Shown here piece after piece: positions 16,762 to 24,746 of a DNA stretch of 29,735 nt. The stretch comes from Candidatus Micrarchaeota archaeon (lineage in GTDB: Archaea; Micrarchaeota; Micrarchaeia; Burarchaeales; JAKAKT01): NCBI GenBank assembly GCA_026396425.1, contig JAPLWU010000068.1, positions 1-29,735 on the forward strand, in the 5' to 3' direction. The position numbers and the translations under genes were made by a program. The notes under the pieces were generated by a model. It was not told the DNA's origin and ran no database searches. It saw only the letters and a list, made by a program, of their open reading frames with translations. Numbering within the stretch: position 1 is the first letter of the stretch; every line of letters starts with the position of its first letter.

Positions 16762-19596
16762 TTAAGCTTTCTCGACGTTTATTTTCACTTTTTCTCCTTC
16801 AATCTCCCATTCCTTGCCCTTGCCCGAATCTTTTACAACAAGTTCTTTCGCCTTTACGGAATCGGCCAGCTGCTTTTTGTTCCTCGTTACCGCCTCGCCA
16901 ATCGTTCCTGAAGCGGCGATGCTCACATTTATGTGGTCCGTTTCAACAAGGCCCAATTCCTTCCTGGCCATCTGGATTCTCCGCCTTACCTCGCTCACCA
17001 TGGCCTCATCGTAGAGCGCCTCGCTCATCTTGGTTTTGACGAATACGACTCCTCCCTCGAATTCGGATTTCTCGTAGCCGGAACTCTCGCCCGGGTCGGC
17101 GCCCAATCTTACCGCCTTCACGTTCGCGATTGCGGCTATCACTCCTGACAATTTTTCAACCGCCTGCTTTACTTCGGTTGACTCCGTCTGAACGATTGCT
17201 TCCTCGAGCGGCCATCTCAATTTGACGTTCGCCTTCTGCCTCGCGTTCGAGGCCGCGCTCCCGGCATTCTTGCAGATACCCATCTGCTTCTCAAGCAAAA
17301 CGTCGATTTCCTTTGCATTGGGCTGGGGCCAGGCCAGCATGCTTATGCTCGCCTCGCCGCCCTTCATGTCTTTCGCGTATAACCTTCCGTAAATCTCCTC
17401 GCATATGAATGGTATTGCGGGCGAGAGCAGCCTTATCGAGGTGAGAAGCGCGTGATAAATGGCCCTCTGGGCGCCTTGCCAGCTCTTCCCGCCCTGCCTC
17501 CTCTTGGCGAGCTTGAGGTAGAACCTGCTCAAATCCTCAACTACGAATTCCTTGCACGCCCGCACGCCATCGTGAATCCTGTAACTTTCGTAATCCTCGG
17601 TAACCTCCTTGACCAGCGAATTCGCCCTCGAAATGAGCCAGGCATCCTCGTTCTCGAGACTGGCCTTCTCCTCCTCTTTTATTTCGAATCTTTCAACGAA
17701 AACGGAAATGTTCCAGAGAATCGAAAGAGTCCTCTCAGCCTCGCCCAGCTCGTTCCAGTTGAACTTCAAATCGTCCCAAACCGTGTTGCTCAGGCTCCAC
17801 AGCCTGAAGGCGTCGGCGCCGTGCTTCTTGGAAATCTCCTCGAGCGGGACGAAATTCCCGAGCGACTTGCTCATCTTCTCGCCCTTCTCGTCGACGAAGT
17901 GGCCGTGCATGAGCAGACTCTTGTAAGGGATTTGGTCGTTCATCACAATCCCTGAGCCGAGGAGCGAGTAGAACCAGCCCCTTATCTGGTCCTTGCCCTC
18001 TACTATGAAGTCCGCTTGAGTATAATTTTCGCCTTCCGCAAGCGAAGCCCACACTGCGTTGCCCGAATCAAACCAAACATCCAAAACATCGGAAACTCGC
18101 CGCATCTTTCCGCCGCATTTGCAATCGAACTCGACCTCGTCAACGAACGGCTTGTGGAGCTCCTGCACCTCTCTCCCGAGCTCTGCCCGCGAGCCGATGA
18201 CTTTCATCTCCTTGCATTTTCCGCACTCCCATATGGGCAGCGGGATTCCCCAGTACCTCTGGCGCGAGATGCACCAGTCCGGGGCCGCGCCGACGAAATC
18301 CCTGAGCCAGCCGCCGGCAAAGGCGGGCTGCCACGTGACTTTGTCCATCTCCTGGAACATGCGCTCCTTGTTCTTGGTTATGTTGATGAACCACTGGTCA
18401 GTGGTTATGAAAATGAGCGGCGTTTTGCAGCGCCAGCAGTGCGGATATCGGTGTTTTATCCTCCCCTCGTGTATGAGCGTTCCAACCTCGGCAAGGTAAT
18501 CGACTATCGGCTTGTTCGCATCCTTTACGTTCATTCCCGCGTATTCGCCCGCCTCGCTGGTGTAATTGCCCCTCTCGTCAACCGGGCAGAACGCCTCGAT
18601 TCCGTATTGCTTGCCGACCGCGAAGTCCTGCGGCCCGTGGCCCGGCGCGGTGTGAACCAACCCTGTTCCTTCCTCGAGCGTTACGAACATGTCGTTGAGC
18701 ACGACTTTGCGGGCGTATTCCTTCGGGACTTTCCCCTCGAGAGGAGCGTGATATTCGATTCCGCTCAGCTTCCTTCCCGGCATTTCCTCCAAAACAGTGG
18801 CGCTCGCCCCGCCCGCCGCCTTCAAAACTTCCTCGAGCCTCTCCTTTGCAACAATCCAAACCTCTTCGCCCACCTTAACCTTCACGTACTTGTATGTCGG
18901 GTGAACCATCACGGCCATGTTGGCCACGAGCGTCCACGGGGTAGTGGTCCATATTATCAGGTATTCGTTCTCGTTCTCCTTCCCCTTTATTTTGAATTTA
19001 ACGTAAATTGAATAGTCCTCGCGGTCGTCATACTCCAACTCGTAGTTGGCAATGGTCGTCTCGCACCTCGGGCATTGCGGGAGCACGTAGATTCCCCTCT
19101 GGAGAAGCCCCTTCTCGTGCGCCTTCTTTATCGTTGCCCACGATTTTTCGATATACGAATCCTTGTAGGTGATGTACGGGTCGTTCCAGTCCATCCACAC
19201 GCCGAGGCTCGCGAATTGCGCGCCCATCACGCCTATGTATTTGCTCGCGAACTCCTTGCATTTCCTTATGAATTCCGGAACGCCGACTTTCTCAATGTCC
19301 TTTTTGCTCTTGAGCTTGAGCTCCTGCTCAACCTTTACCTCGATGGGCAGGCCGTGCGTGTCGTAGCCCGGCTTCGCCCGAACGTTAAGCCCCCTCGCCC
19401 TCTTGTACCTGCAGACCGCGTCCTTTATGCACTTGTTCCAGGCGGTTCCAGGATGAATCTGCCCGGTGGCGTAAGGCGGTCCGTCGCAGAAGTAGAAGAA
19501 CTCGCCCTTGGCGTTCCTCTCCTTTATCCTTTCGTATATTTTCTCCTTTTCCCAGAAGGCGGCTATGCGCTTTTCCGTTTTCCCTGCCTCGTACAT
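16762..19596 (-). CDS. ileS: Isoleucine--tRNA ligase (archaeal type)
   Basis: DGPPYATGQIHPGTAWNK (HIGH), GYDTHGLPIE, WTTTPWTL, GTGLVHTAPGHG, WCISRQRYWG, DVWFDSG, KMSKS. Start at ATG 19596. Confidence 0.97.
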   Translation of the reverse strand: MYEAGKTEKRIAAFWEKEKIYERIKERNAKGEFFYFCDGPPYATGQIHPGTAWNKCIKDAVCRYKRARGLNVRAKPGYDTHGLPIEVKVEQELKLKSKKDIEKVGVPEFIRKCKEFASKYIGVMGAQFASLGVWMDWNDPYITYKDSYIEKSWATIKKAHEKGLLQRGIYVLPQCPRCETTIANYELEYDDREDYSIYVKFKIKGKENENEYLIIWTTTPWTLVANMAVMVHPTYKYVKVKVGEEVWIVAKERLEEVLKAAGGASATVLEEMPGRKLSGIEYHAPLEGKVPKEYARKVVLNDMFVTLEEGTGLVHTAPGHGPQDFAVGKQYGIEAFCPVDERGNYTSEAGEYAGMNVKDANKPIVDYLAEVGTLIHEGRIKHRYPHCWRCKTPLIFITTDQWFINITKNKERMFQEMDKVTWQPAFAGGWLRDFVGAAPDWCISRQRYWGIPLPIWECGKCKEMKVIGSRAELGREVQELHKPFVDEVEFDCKCGGKMRRVSDVLDVWFDSGNAVWASLAEGENYTQADFIVEGKDQIRGWFYSLLGSGIVMNDQIPYKSLLMHGHFVDEKGEKMSKSLGNFVPLEEISKKHGADAFRLWSLSNTVWDDLKFNWNELGEAERTLSILWNISVFVERFEIKEEEKASLENEDAWLISRANSLVKEVTEDYESYRIHDGVRACKEFVVEDLSRFYLKLAKRRQGGKSWQGAQRAIYHALLTSIRLLSPAIPFICEEIYGRLYAKDMKGGEASISMLAWPQPNAKEIDVLLEKQMGICKNAGSAASNARQKANVKLRWPLEEAIVQTESTEVKQAVEKLSGVIAAIANVKAVRLGADPGESSGYEKSEFEGGVVFVKTKMSEALYDEAMVSEVRRRIQMARKELGLVETDHINVSIAASGTIGEAVTRNKKQLADSVKAKELVVKDSGKGKEWEIEGEKVKINVEKA

Positions 19597-19598
19597 CG

Positions 19599-19883
19599 TC
19601 AACCGCCCCTGCTGGCCCATGCCTGCGCATAGTAGAAGGCGAACGGCATCGCCCCCATGAATGCGGCGGGAAACACTGCCGTTCCCAGCACCGTGGCATC
19701 AGTTATGTAATAAAACACGAGCGAAACTGCCGACGCGAGCGCAACCCCGCCAATCGCATGGACCTCGGCAAGCCCCATCCTAACCCCTGCCTCTGCCAGC
19801 AGAAGCGCGATGGCGAAAACGGCGGCAAGAAGGCCTGCAAGGGCGAGGTTCCCCTGCACGCCGAAAAGGTTCGCACCCCACAT
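19599..19883 (-). CDS. Small membrane protein upstream of ileS (5' end uncertain)
   Basis: Three hydrophobic segments. Stop lies 2 nt before the ileS start. The frame continues upstream with hydrophobic KFEIIGGAVLLAG but has no ATG/GTG/TTG. Confidence 0.6.
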   Translation of the reverse strand: MWGANLFGVQGNLALAGLLAAVFAIALLLAEAGVRMGLAEVHAIGGVALASAVSLVFYYITDATVLGTAVFPAAFMGAMPFAFYYAQAWASRGG

Positions 19884-19933
19884 CCCGGCGAGCAGGACCG
19901 CGCCTCCGATTATCTCGAATTTTAGAATTTCGA

Positions 19934-20134
19934 CGCAAAGCGTCGCTTCTTCACAAATCGCTGCACGAGACGCTGCCGCCTCAAGCGACGCTTTGCGAAG
20001 CCCGCGGCTTCATCCGCGGGTAAAGGCGCCACGTCTTACCACGCCATATCCGCCACAAACCTATGCCTTCCCTATTTGGGCGACAGCCCAAATGGGACAC
20101 ATTTGCGCCACAGCGCAAATCGTGTTAGGCGTGG
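19934..20134. other. Structured intergenic element (multiple hairpins; candidate ncRNA, leader or REP-like element)
   Basis: 15-bp perfect inverted repeat 19934-19948/19983-19997, 7-bp hairpin 20001-20020, twin 8-bp hairpins 20074-20093 and 20101-20120, closing helix 20039-20045/20128-20134. Confidence 0.65.
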
Positions 20135-20208
20135 GTGTGTGACTCCCTATGGTTTATGGAGCCAACTTTAATATCTTTTTGCGTGCCTATCCGTAGCGAG
20201 GGAATACG

Positions 20209-21174
20209 ATGGCGGACGAAATCGAATTGCCATGGACGGAAAAATACAGGCCATCTAGCCTTGCCGATGTCGCGGGCCAGACCGAAATAATCGAGCGGCT
20301 CGCGGCCTTCGTAAAGGGCAGGAGCATGCCCAATCTGCTTTTCGCGGGAGGGCCCGGAGTGGGAAAAACAACCGCAACCCTCGCCCTCGCGCAGGATTTG
20401 TTCGGAAAAGACTACCGCGGGAGCCTGCTCGAATTGAACGCGAGCGATGAGCGGGGGATAGACGTTGTCCGCGGGAAGATTAAGGACTTTGCTCGCACCA
20501 TTCCGCTGAGCGCGGTTCCGTTCAAGCTCATCTTCCTGGATGAAGCGGATGCGCTCACTTCCGATGCGCAGCAGGCCCTCAGGCGCACCATGGAGATGTA
20601 TTCGTCGGCAACGCGCTTCATCCTCTCGTGCAACTACTCCTCGAAAATAATCGAGCCCATACAGAGCAGGTGCGCGGTCTTCAGGTTCAGGCCCCTCGCC
20701 GAAGAGGACGTTATGAAGATGCTCGGGCGGATTGCGCAAGCCGAGCAGCTGCACGTCGACCCAAAGGCCTACAAAGCCATAATCTACATTTCTGAAGGCG
20801 ATATGCGCAGGGCCATCAACTCGCTGCAGGGCGCCTCAATGATGTCGAAGAACATAAAAGAAGAAACAATTTTCAAGGCTTCCTCGCGCGCCAAGCCCGA
20901 GGAGATTTTGCAGATGCTCGACCTCGCGCTGAAGGGAAAGTTCACCGAGGCCCGCGAGAAGCTCGACAAGGTGATGGTGGATTACGGCATGGGCGGGGAG
21001 GAAATAATGCTCCAGATGTACCGGGAAATAACGAGCTTGGACATTCCCGATAGGAAGAAAGTGGAACTGGTCGATAAGATTGGCGAGTATAACTTCAGAT
21101 TGACGGAAGGGGCGAACGAGCGAATCCAGTTGGAAGCTTTGCTCGCGAGAATAATGCTTATTGGGAAGGAGTAG
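20209..21174 (+). CDS. rfcS: Replication factor C small subunit
   Basis: PWTEKYRP, GGPGVGKTT, ELNASDERG, DEAD, IIEPIQSRC, EGDMRRAIN. No intein. Confidence 0.98.
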   Translation: MADEIELPWTEKYRPSSLADVAGQTEIIERLAAFVKGRSMPNLLFAGGPGVGKTTATLALAQDLFGKDYRGSLLELNASDERGIDVVRGKIKDFARTIPLSAVPFKLIFLDEADALTSDAQQALRRTMEMYSSATRFILSCNYSSKIIEPIQSRCAVFRFRPLAEEDVMKMLGRIAQAEQLHVDPKAYKAIIYISEGDMRRAINSLQGASMMSKNIKEETIFKASSRAKPEEILQMLDLALKGKFTEAREKLDKVMVDYGMGGEEIMLQMYREITSLDIPDRKKVELVDKIGEYNFRLTEGANERIQLEALLARIMLIGKE

Positions 21175-21669
21175 GTGGTATTAACGCTTCCAATGTTAGA
21201 CCTTTACCCTTCTTCTCTTGCCCAGGGTCCTTACATACTCCTTCTTTTCTATACCGTACCTTTTTTTGCGCCTATCGTTTCCATCATCGGCGTAGTCTAC
21301 TCATTCTGGTCCTACTTCAAATTCAAGAATTACGACAAAGGCGAGACAAAGTGGCTTGCGTATTGTGGAGTTTTATTTTTGTTCGGTATTGCTTCTGCAT
21401 GGATAATCCCAAGAATCGCAATCCCAAGCATCGGATTCATAAATATATTTATTGCGCCACTCGTTGACATAGCCATAGTTGCCATTTTTATTTACTACCG
21501 GAACAATTTCTTAAGAGGAAAGGCCTTGCCAGAGACAAGGAAGAGCGTCTACAACTCGTTAAAAATTCTTGCAGTCCTGGCCATTATTCGAATATTCCTC
21601 TCGCTCCTCCTTTTGGGTTTGTTTATCATAATCGCTCTGACAAACCAGCAATTCTCGCACTACGGATGA
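21175..21669 (+). CDS. Hypothetical membrane protein (AT-rich)
   Basis: About 4 hydrophobic segments. Visibly lower GC than flanking genes. Start at GTG 21175 or ATG 21193. Confidence 0.7.
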   Translation: MVLTLPMLDLYPSSLAQGPYILLLFYTVPFFAPIVSIIGVVYSFWSYFKFKNYDKGETKWLAYCGVLFLFGIASAWIIPRIAIPSIGFINIFIAPLVDIAIVAIFIYYRNNFLRGKALPETRKSVYNSLKILAVLAIIRIFLSLLLLGLFIIIALTNQQFSHYG

Positions 21670-21773
21670 CAAACCTGCAATTCTCGCACTAAGGGGGTTG
21701 TTTCTAGCTGATTCTGAACCTCAGCAGCGCAACGAAAGCCAACCGAAAGCATTATATCCGCTTATATGCATAC

Positions 21774-21798
21774 TATAGTCAACCAATAGGTGACTATA
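21774..21798. promoter_or_regulatory. Putative TA autoregulatory operator (TATAGTCA-N9-TGACTATA)
   Basis: Perfect 8-bp inverted repeat overlapping the GGTGA ribosome-binding site of the antitoxin gene. Confidence 0.55.
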
Positions 21799-22041
21799 AT
21801 GGCATACACGACGATACAAATAACCCCTCGCACGAGGAACCGTCTCGAAACCCTGAAGGGCTTCAGGCGCGAGACTTACGAGGAGGTTGTAAGCAGGCTT
21901 TTGGACTTGGTCCCGGAAGGCGACGAAGAGGGTGCTTACCGGCCCGAATTCAGGGCGAGTGTTCTGCGCGGAATGCTTGATATCAAGAATGGAAGGGTCA
22001 CCCCGCATGCACAATTGAAGAAAAGGCTCGGCCTGAAGTGA
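21799..22041 (+). CDS. Putative antitoxin (ribbon-helix-helix-like N-terminus)
   Basis: TTIQITPRTRNRLETLK...ETYEEVVSRLL, an acidic middle part, 80 aa, directly upstream of the RelE gene. Confidence 0.8.
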   Translation: MAYTTIQITPRTRNRLETLKGFRRETYEEVVSRLLDLVPEGDEEGAYRPEFRASVLRGMLDIKNGRVTPHAQLKKRLGLK

Positions 22042-22047
22042 TGGCAA

Positions 22048-22299
22048 ATGGCTTTTTCGATAGCCTACTCGGAGGAGTCGGTAGCAATACTGGAGCGGTT
22101 CGACCCCGCAGTTGCCAAGCGGATAGTTTCGAAGTTGCAGCAGGCGGCAAAGGACCCCATGCATTATTTCAAGCGGCTGAAAGACAGCGAATTATACAAG
22201 CTAAGAGTAGGCGACTACAGAGTAATGGCCAGACTAGACTTCGCGCAAGAAACCCTATTTATTGCCACTATCGGGCATAGAAGAAACATATACGACTAA
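22048..22299 (+). CDS. relE: RelE/ParE-family mRNA interferase toxin
   Basis: 83 aa. YKLRVGDYRV and IGHRRNIY motifs are intact. Confidence 0.92.
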   Translation: MAFSIAYSEESVAILERFDPAVAKRIVSKLQQAAKDPMHYFKRLKDSELYKLRVGDYRVMARLDFAQETLFIATIGHRRNIYD

Positions 22300-22301
22300 A
22301 T

Positions 22302-23296
22302 TCAACTTATCCTGAACCTCAGCAGCGCCGCAATTCCCCCAAATCCCGAAAGCTGGTCTGCCGGAGAATTTTCAGAACTGAAAATAGTGGTTTTTACCTT
22401 CGTTTTCTCCGCCTTCTCCAGCAATTCCTCAATTTTTTTGTCCTTTCTCAGTAACTCATCCACAACCAGCAACTCATCCACCGCGCCGTAATCGAGCGCT
22501 TTTGCAACCTCCTCTTTTCCATAGGCGACAAGACCGGCCTTCGCAATTTCGGCAATGAGTTTCTCAATCAGGACAAATTCCTTCTCGGCGCGCTGCTCGC
22601 CCGCAACTTTCTCGACCGCACCTCGCTTCAGGAGTTCGTAAACGCCGCTTTTCTCAGCGCTCGAGCAAGAATCGAATGCAATGCGCTTGAGCAGCTCGCC
22701 ATCCCTCTCTCCGATGAATTTCTTCAGATTGTCTTTCGCAAAGCCGGGGCCGGCAATCAATATTTTCTCGACCTTCATCCCCCCGATGACTTTCATTATC
22801 TCCCCGAAATAGCCCCGCTGTTTCTCATCGTGCTTTTCCTCCCCTTTCCTCGCCTCATTATTTATCTCAAACTCGAACTCAACCCCGTAGCCCCTCAAAG
22901 TGGCAAATGTTGCCTTCCTCTCGTCCATTGCCACTATCCCGACTTGAGCTGGTATTCCTTCCAGTCCTTCTGGATTGCAATCCTTCCGTCAATCTCCAAA
23001 TCGAGCGTGTGGTGGCTCCCAATCTGCACGTATTCCTCCGGCGTGCCGGACTTTATCACGCCCGTAACCCTCAAAATATTGGCGTGCTTGTGGAACTCGA
23101 TTTTTTTGGCTTCCAGCTCGATAGTGACCGCCTTCCTCTCGCCGCTGTCGCCCTCGTCCAATTTGAACCTGCGAAAACTTTTCCCCTTTACCAAATCGCC
23201 CTGCTCCAGCACCCGCTCGAGGTGCCAGAGGTCCTCCAGCGATTCGGGCACGACTTTCAGCTCCCCGCTCTTCTTATCAAAATGGACTATGCGCAT
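22302..23296 (-). pseudogene. pelA: Pelota (mRNA surveillance / ribosome rescue), split into 22934..23296 and 22302..22934 by an out-of-frame deletion
   Basis: N-part has PESLEDLWHL and GSHHTLDLE. C-part has AGPGFAK, YGKEEVAKALDYGAV..LLVVD and GFGGIAALLRF. Frame switch at 22943/22944, with the linker helix missing. Confidence 0.85.
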
Positions 23297-23378
23297 GCAA
23301 ACCCCTAGTGATACAAAACATTATATCCCCTCTTCCCTATATATGTTGTCTAATTCTTCAGGGTTGGAGTGAAGTTGC

Positions 23379-23783
23379 ATGACCGAAAAAGCGCAATCGG
23401 AAATAGGTCGGCTGGCGAATATTCTCAATACCGTCGGGGCAGTCGAGCCGCAGGATGTCGTAAAGCGAGTCTCCCATCTCGAACCGGCAGATCTTCTGAA
23501 GCTTTTTGCGGACACAAGGCCCCCGGCCGCAAGGGAGGCAATACTCGAGGTCGCAAAGAGAAAACTGGAGAACGAGAAAACACTTTCCCCTTTCGCCCAT
23601 ACGATGCTTCTCGTGATTTCTGGCGTCAAAGGAAGGGAGGGCGAGCTTGCAAGCGAGATGCTCAAACTCCATGCCTCGCGCGATGCGCCTTCCTGGGGGG
23701 ACGCCGGTCCTGCAAATACATTCTTGCGTGGCTCGGGGGGAGCGCCCCTGCCGAATGGCGTGAAAGGCAAACTCAAGTCATAA
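23379..23783 (+). CDS. Hypothetical alpha-helical protein
   Basis: 134-aa ORF divergent from pelota with helical periodicity. No recognisable motif. Confidence 0.6.
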   Translation: MTEKAQSEIGRLANILNTVGAVEPQDVVKRVSHLEPADLLKLFADTRPPAAREAILEVAKRKLENEKTLSPFAHTMLLVISGVKGREGELASEMLKLHASRDAPSWGDAGPANTFLRGSGGAPLPNGVKGKLKS

Positions 23784-23902
23784 GCTGGGAGATTGGGGCT
23801 TCGCCCTCGCGTAAACGAAGCAAAAGGCGGGATGAGAAGCTTTATATAAAACCTGGCGCATATAATTATGCTTATTCTGGCCTTTAGCTGGAGGGGGAGA
23901 TT

Positions 23903-24697
23903 ATGGTGAAAAACGCAACTGCAGGTGCTAACGTTGATAGTCCGGGTGATGCTCTTTTAAAATACGCGGAAGAACTCAGCGGGGCGACTGCCGACGGAAC
24001 CGTCGGCATGCTAAGGGCTACGCGCGATACGGCAGCCAGGTTCATGGCCCTTTCCAAACTCGAGAAAATGGTGAACGAGAACCAGATTTTATCCATGAGG
24101 TCTTTGGAGGCAATTGAAGAATTGGCGACTAGCACGAACAAGGTCGAGAATATATCCGCAAACAGGATACTCGACACTTACCTGCAGAAAATACATCTTA
24201 ACCACGGGGCGACAGTGGCCGACCAGCTTAATGCATTCGAGTTCGCATTAAAGGACGAGGGCAAGGTCGCGGTTCTGTTAAGGGTTCGTGAAATCTTAAC
24301 CTACGAGCGGGTGTCCCTTTCGCCAGAAACGGAAAAGAAATTAAGGATAATACGAAGGTCAAACGAAAGCTCAAACCAGGTTTCCAAGCTTGCCAGAACC
24401 ATACTCCTGACCGACCGGAGAAACAAAAGCGCCGGGAAAAACGCCCTGCTTGCGCATCTTGCAATCACAAGTCCAGATCCGACAATGCAGGCGGCCAACC
24501 TGCGGCGCCTTGCGGGGAATGCATCCTCAGGTTCGCCGTTCTTGCAGTCAACAGTCGAACTTGTTACCCGGCAGGCCCGCGACGACAAGGCGTTCGCGCA
24601 TCCCGCAAAGGCCATCCTCGATGGCTTGACGAGACACGATTCGGTACTGCGCGACAGGCGTCCGAGAACACAGCCCCCGCAAAAGGCCCGCCTCTAG
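23903..24697 (+). CDS. Hypothetical alpha-helical (HEAT-like?) protein
   Basis: 264 aa. GGAGGGGGAG ribosome-binding site and upstream TTTATATAAA. Basic Pro-rich C-terminal tail. Confidence 0.7.
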   Translation: MVKNATAGANVDSPGDALLKYAEELSGATADGTVGMLRATRDTAARFMALSKLEKMVNENQILSMRSLEAIEELATSTNKVENISANRILDTYLQKIHLNHGATVADQLNAFEFALKDEGKVAVLLRVREILTYERVSLSPETEKKLRIIRRSNESSNQVSKLARTILLTDRRNKSAGKNALLAHLAITSPDPTMQAANLRRLAGNASSGSPFLQSTVELVTRQARDDKAFAHPAKAILDGLTRHDSVLRDRRPRTQPPQKARL

Positions 24698-24746
24698 CTC
24701 CTATTTTAATTCTTTATTTTCAATTCCTTAGTGGTAAGTGGTTAAA

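Larger units (their letters stand above)
21704..22328. mobile_element. Minimal toxin-antitoxin islet bounded by duplicated pelota 3' end (att-like direct repeat)
   Basis: 17-bp identical core CTGAACCTCAGCAGCGC at 21714-21730 and 22312-22328. Both copies encode ALLRFRIS* on the minus strand. No integrase in the window. Confidence 0.65.

Noticed and set aside
19934-20134. RNase P RNA, SRP RNA, T-box or origin ORB identity for the structured element
   Set aside because: No GAGGAAAGUCC/CR-V, no SRP helix-8 motif, only a partial UGGUA rather than UGGNACC, and no ORB consensus or cdc6 in the window.
21721-22164. 147-aa minus-strand ORF across the TA locus
   Set aside because: It is the antisense shadow of the antitoxin and RelE genes.
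24686-24697. C-terminal ARL resembling a peroxisomal PTS1 signal
   Set aside because: A tripeptide match is expected by chance and has no meaning in an archaeon.
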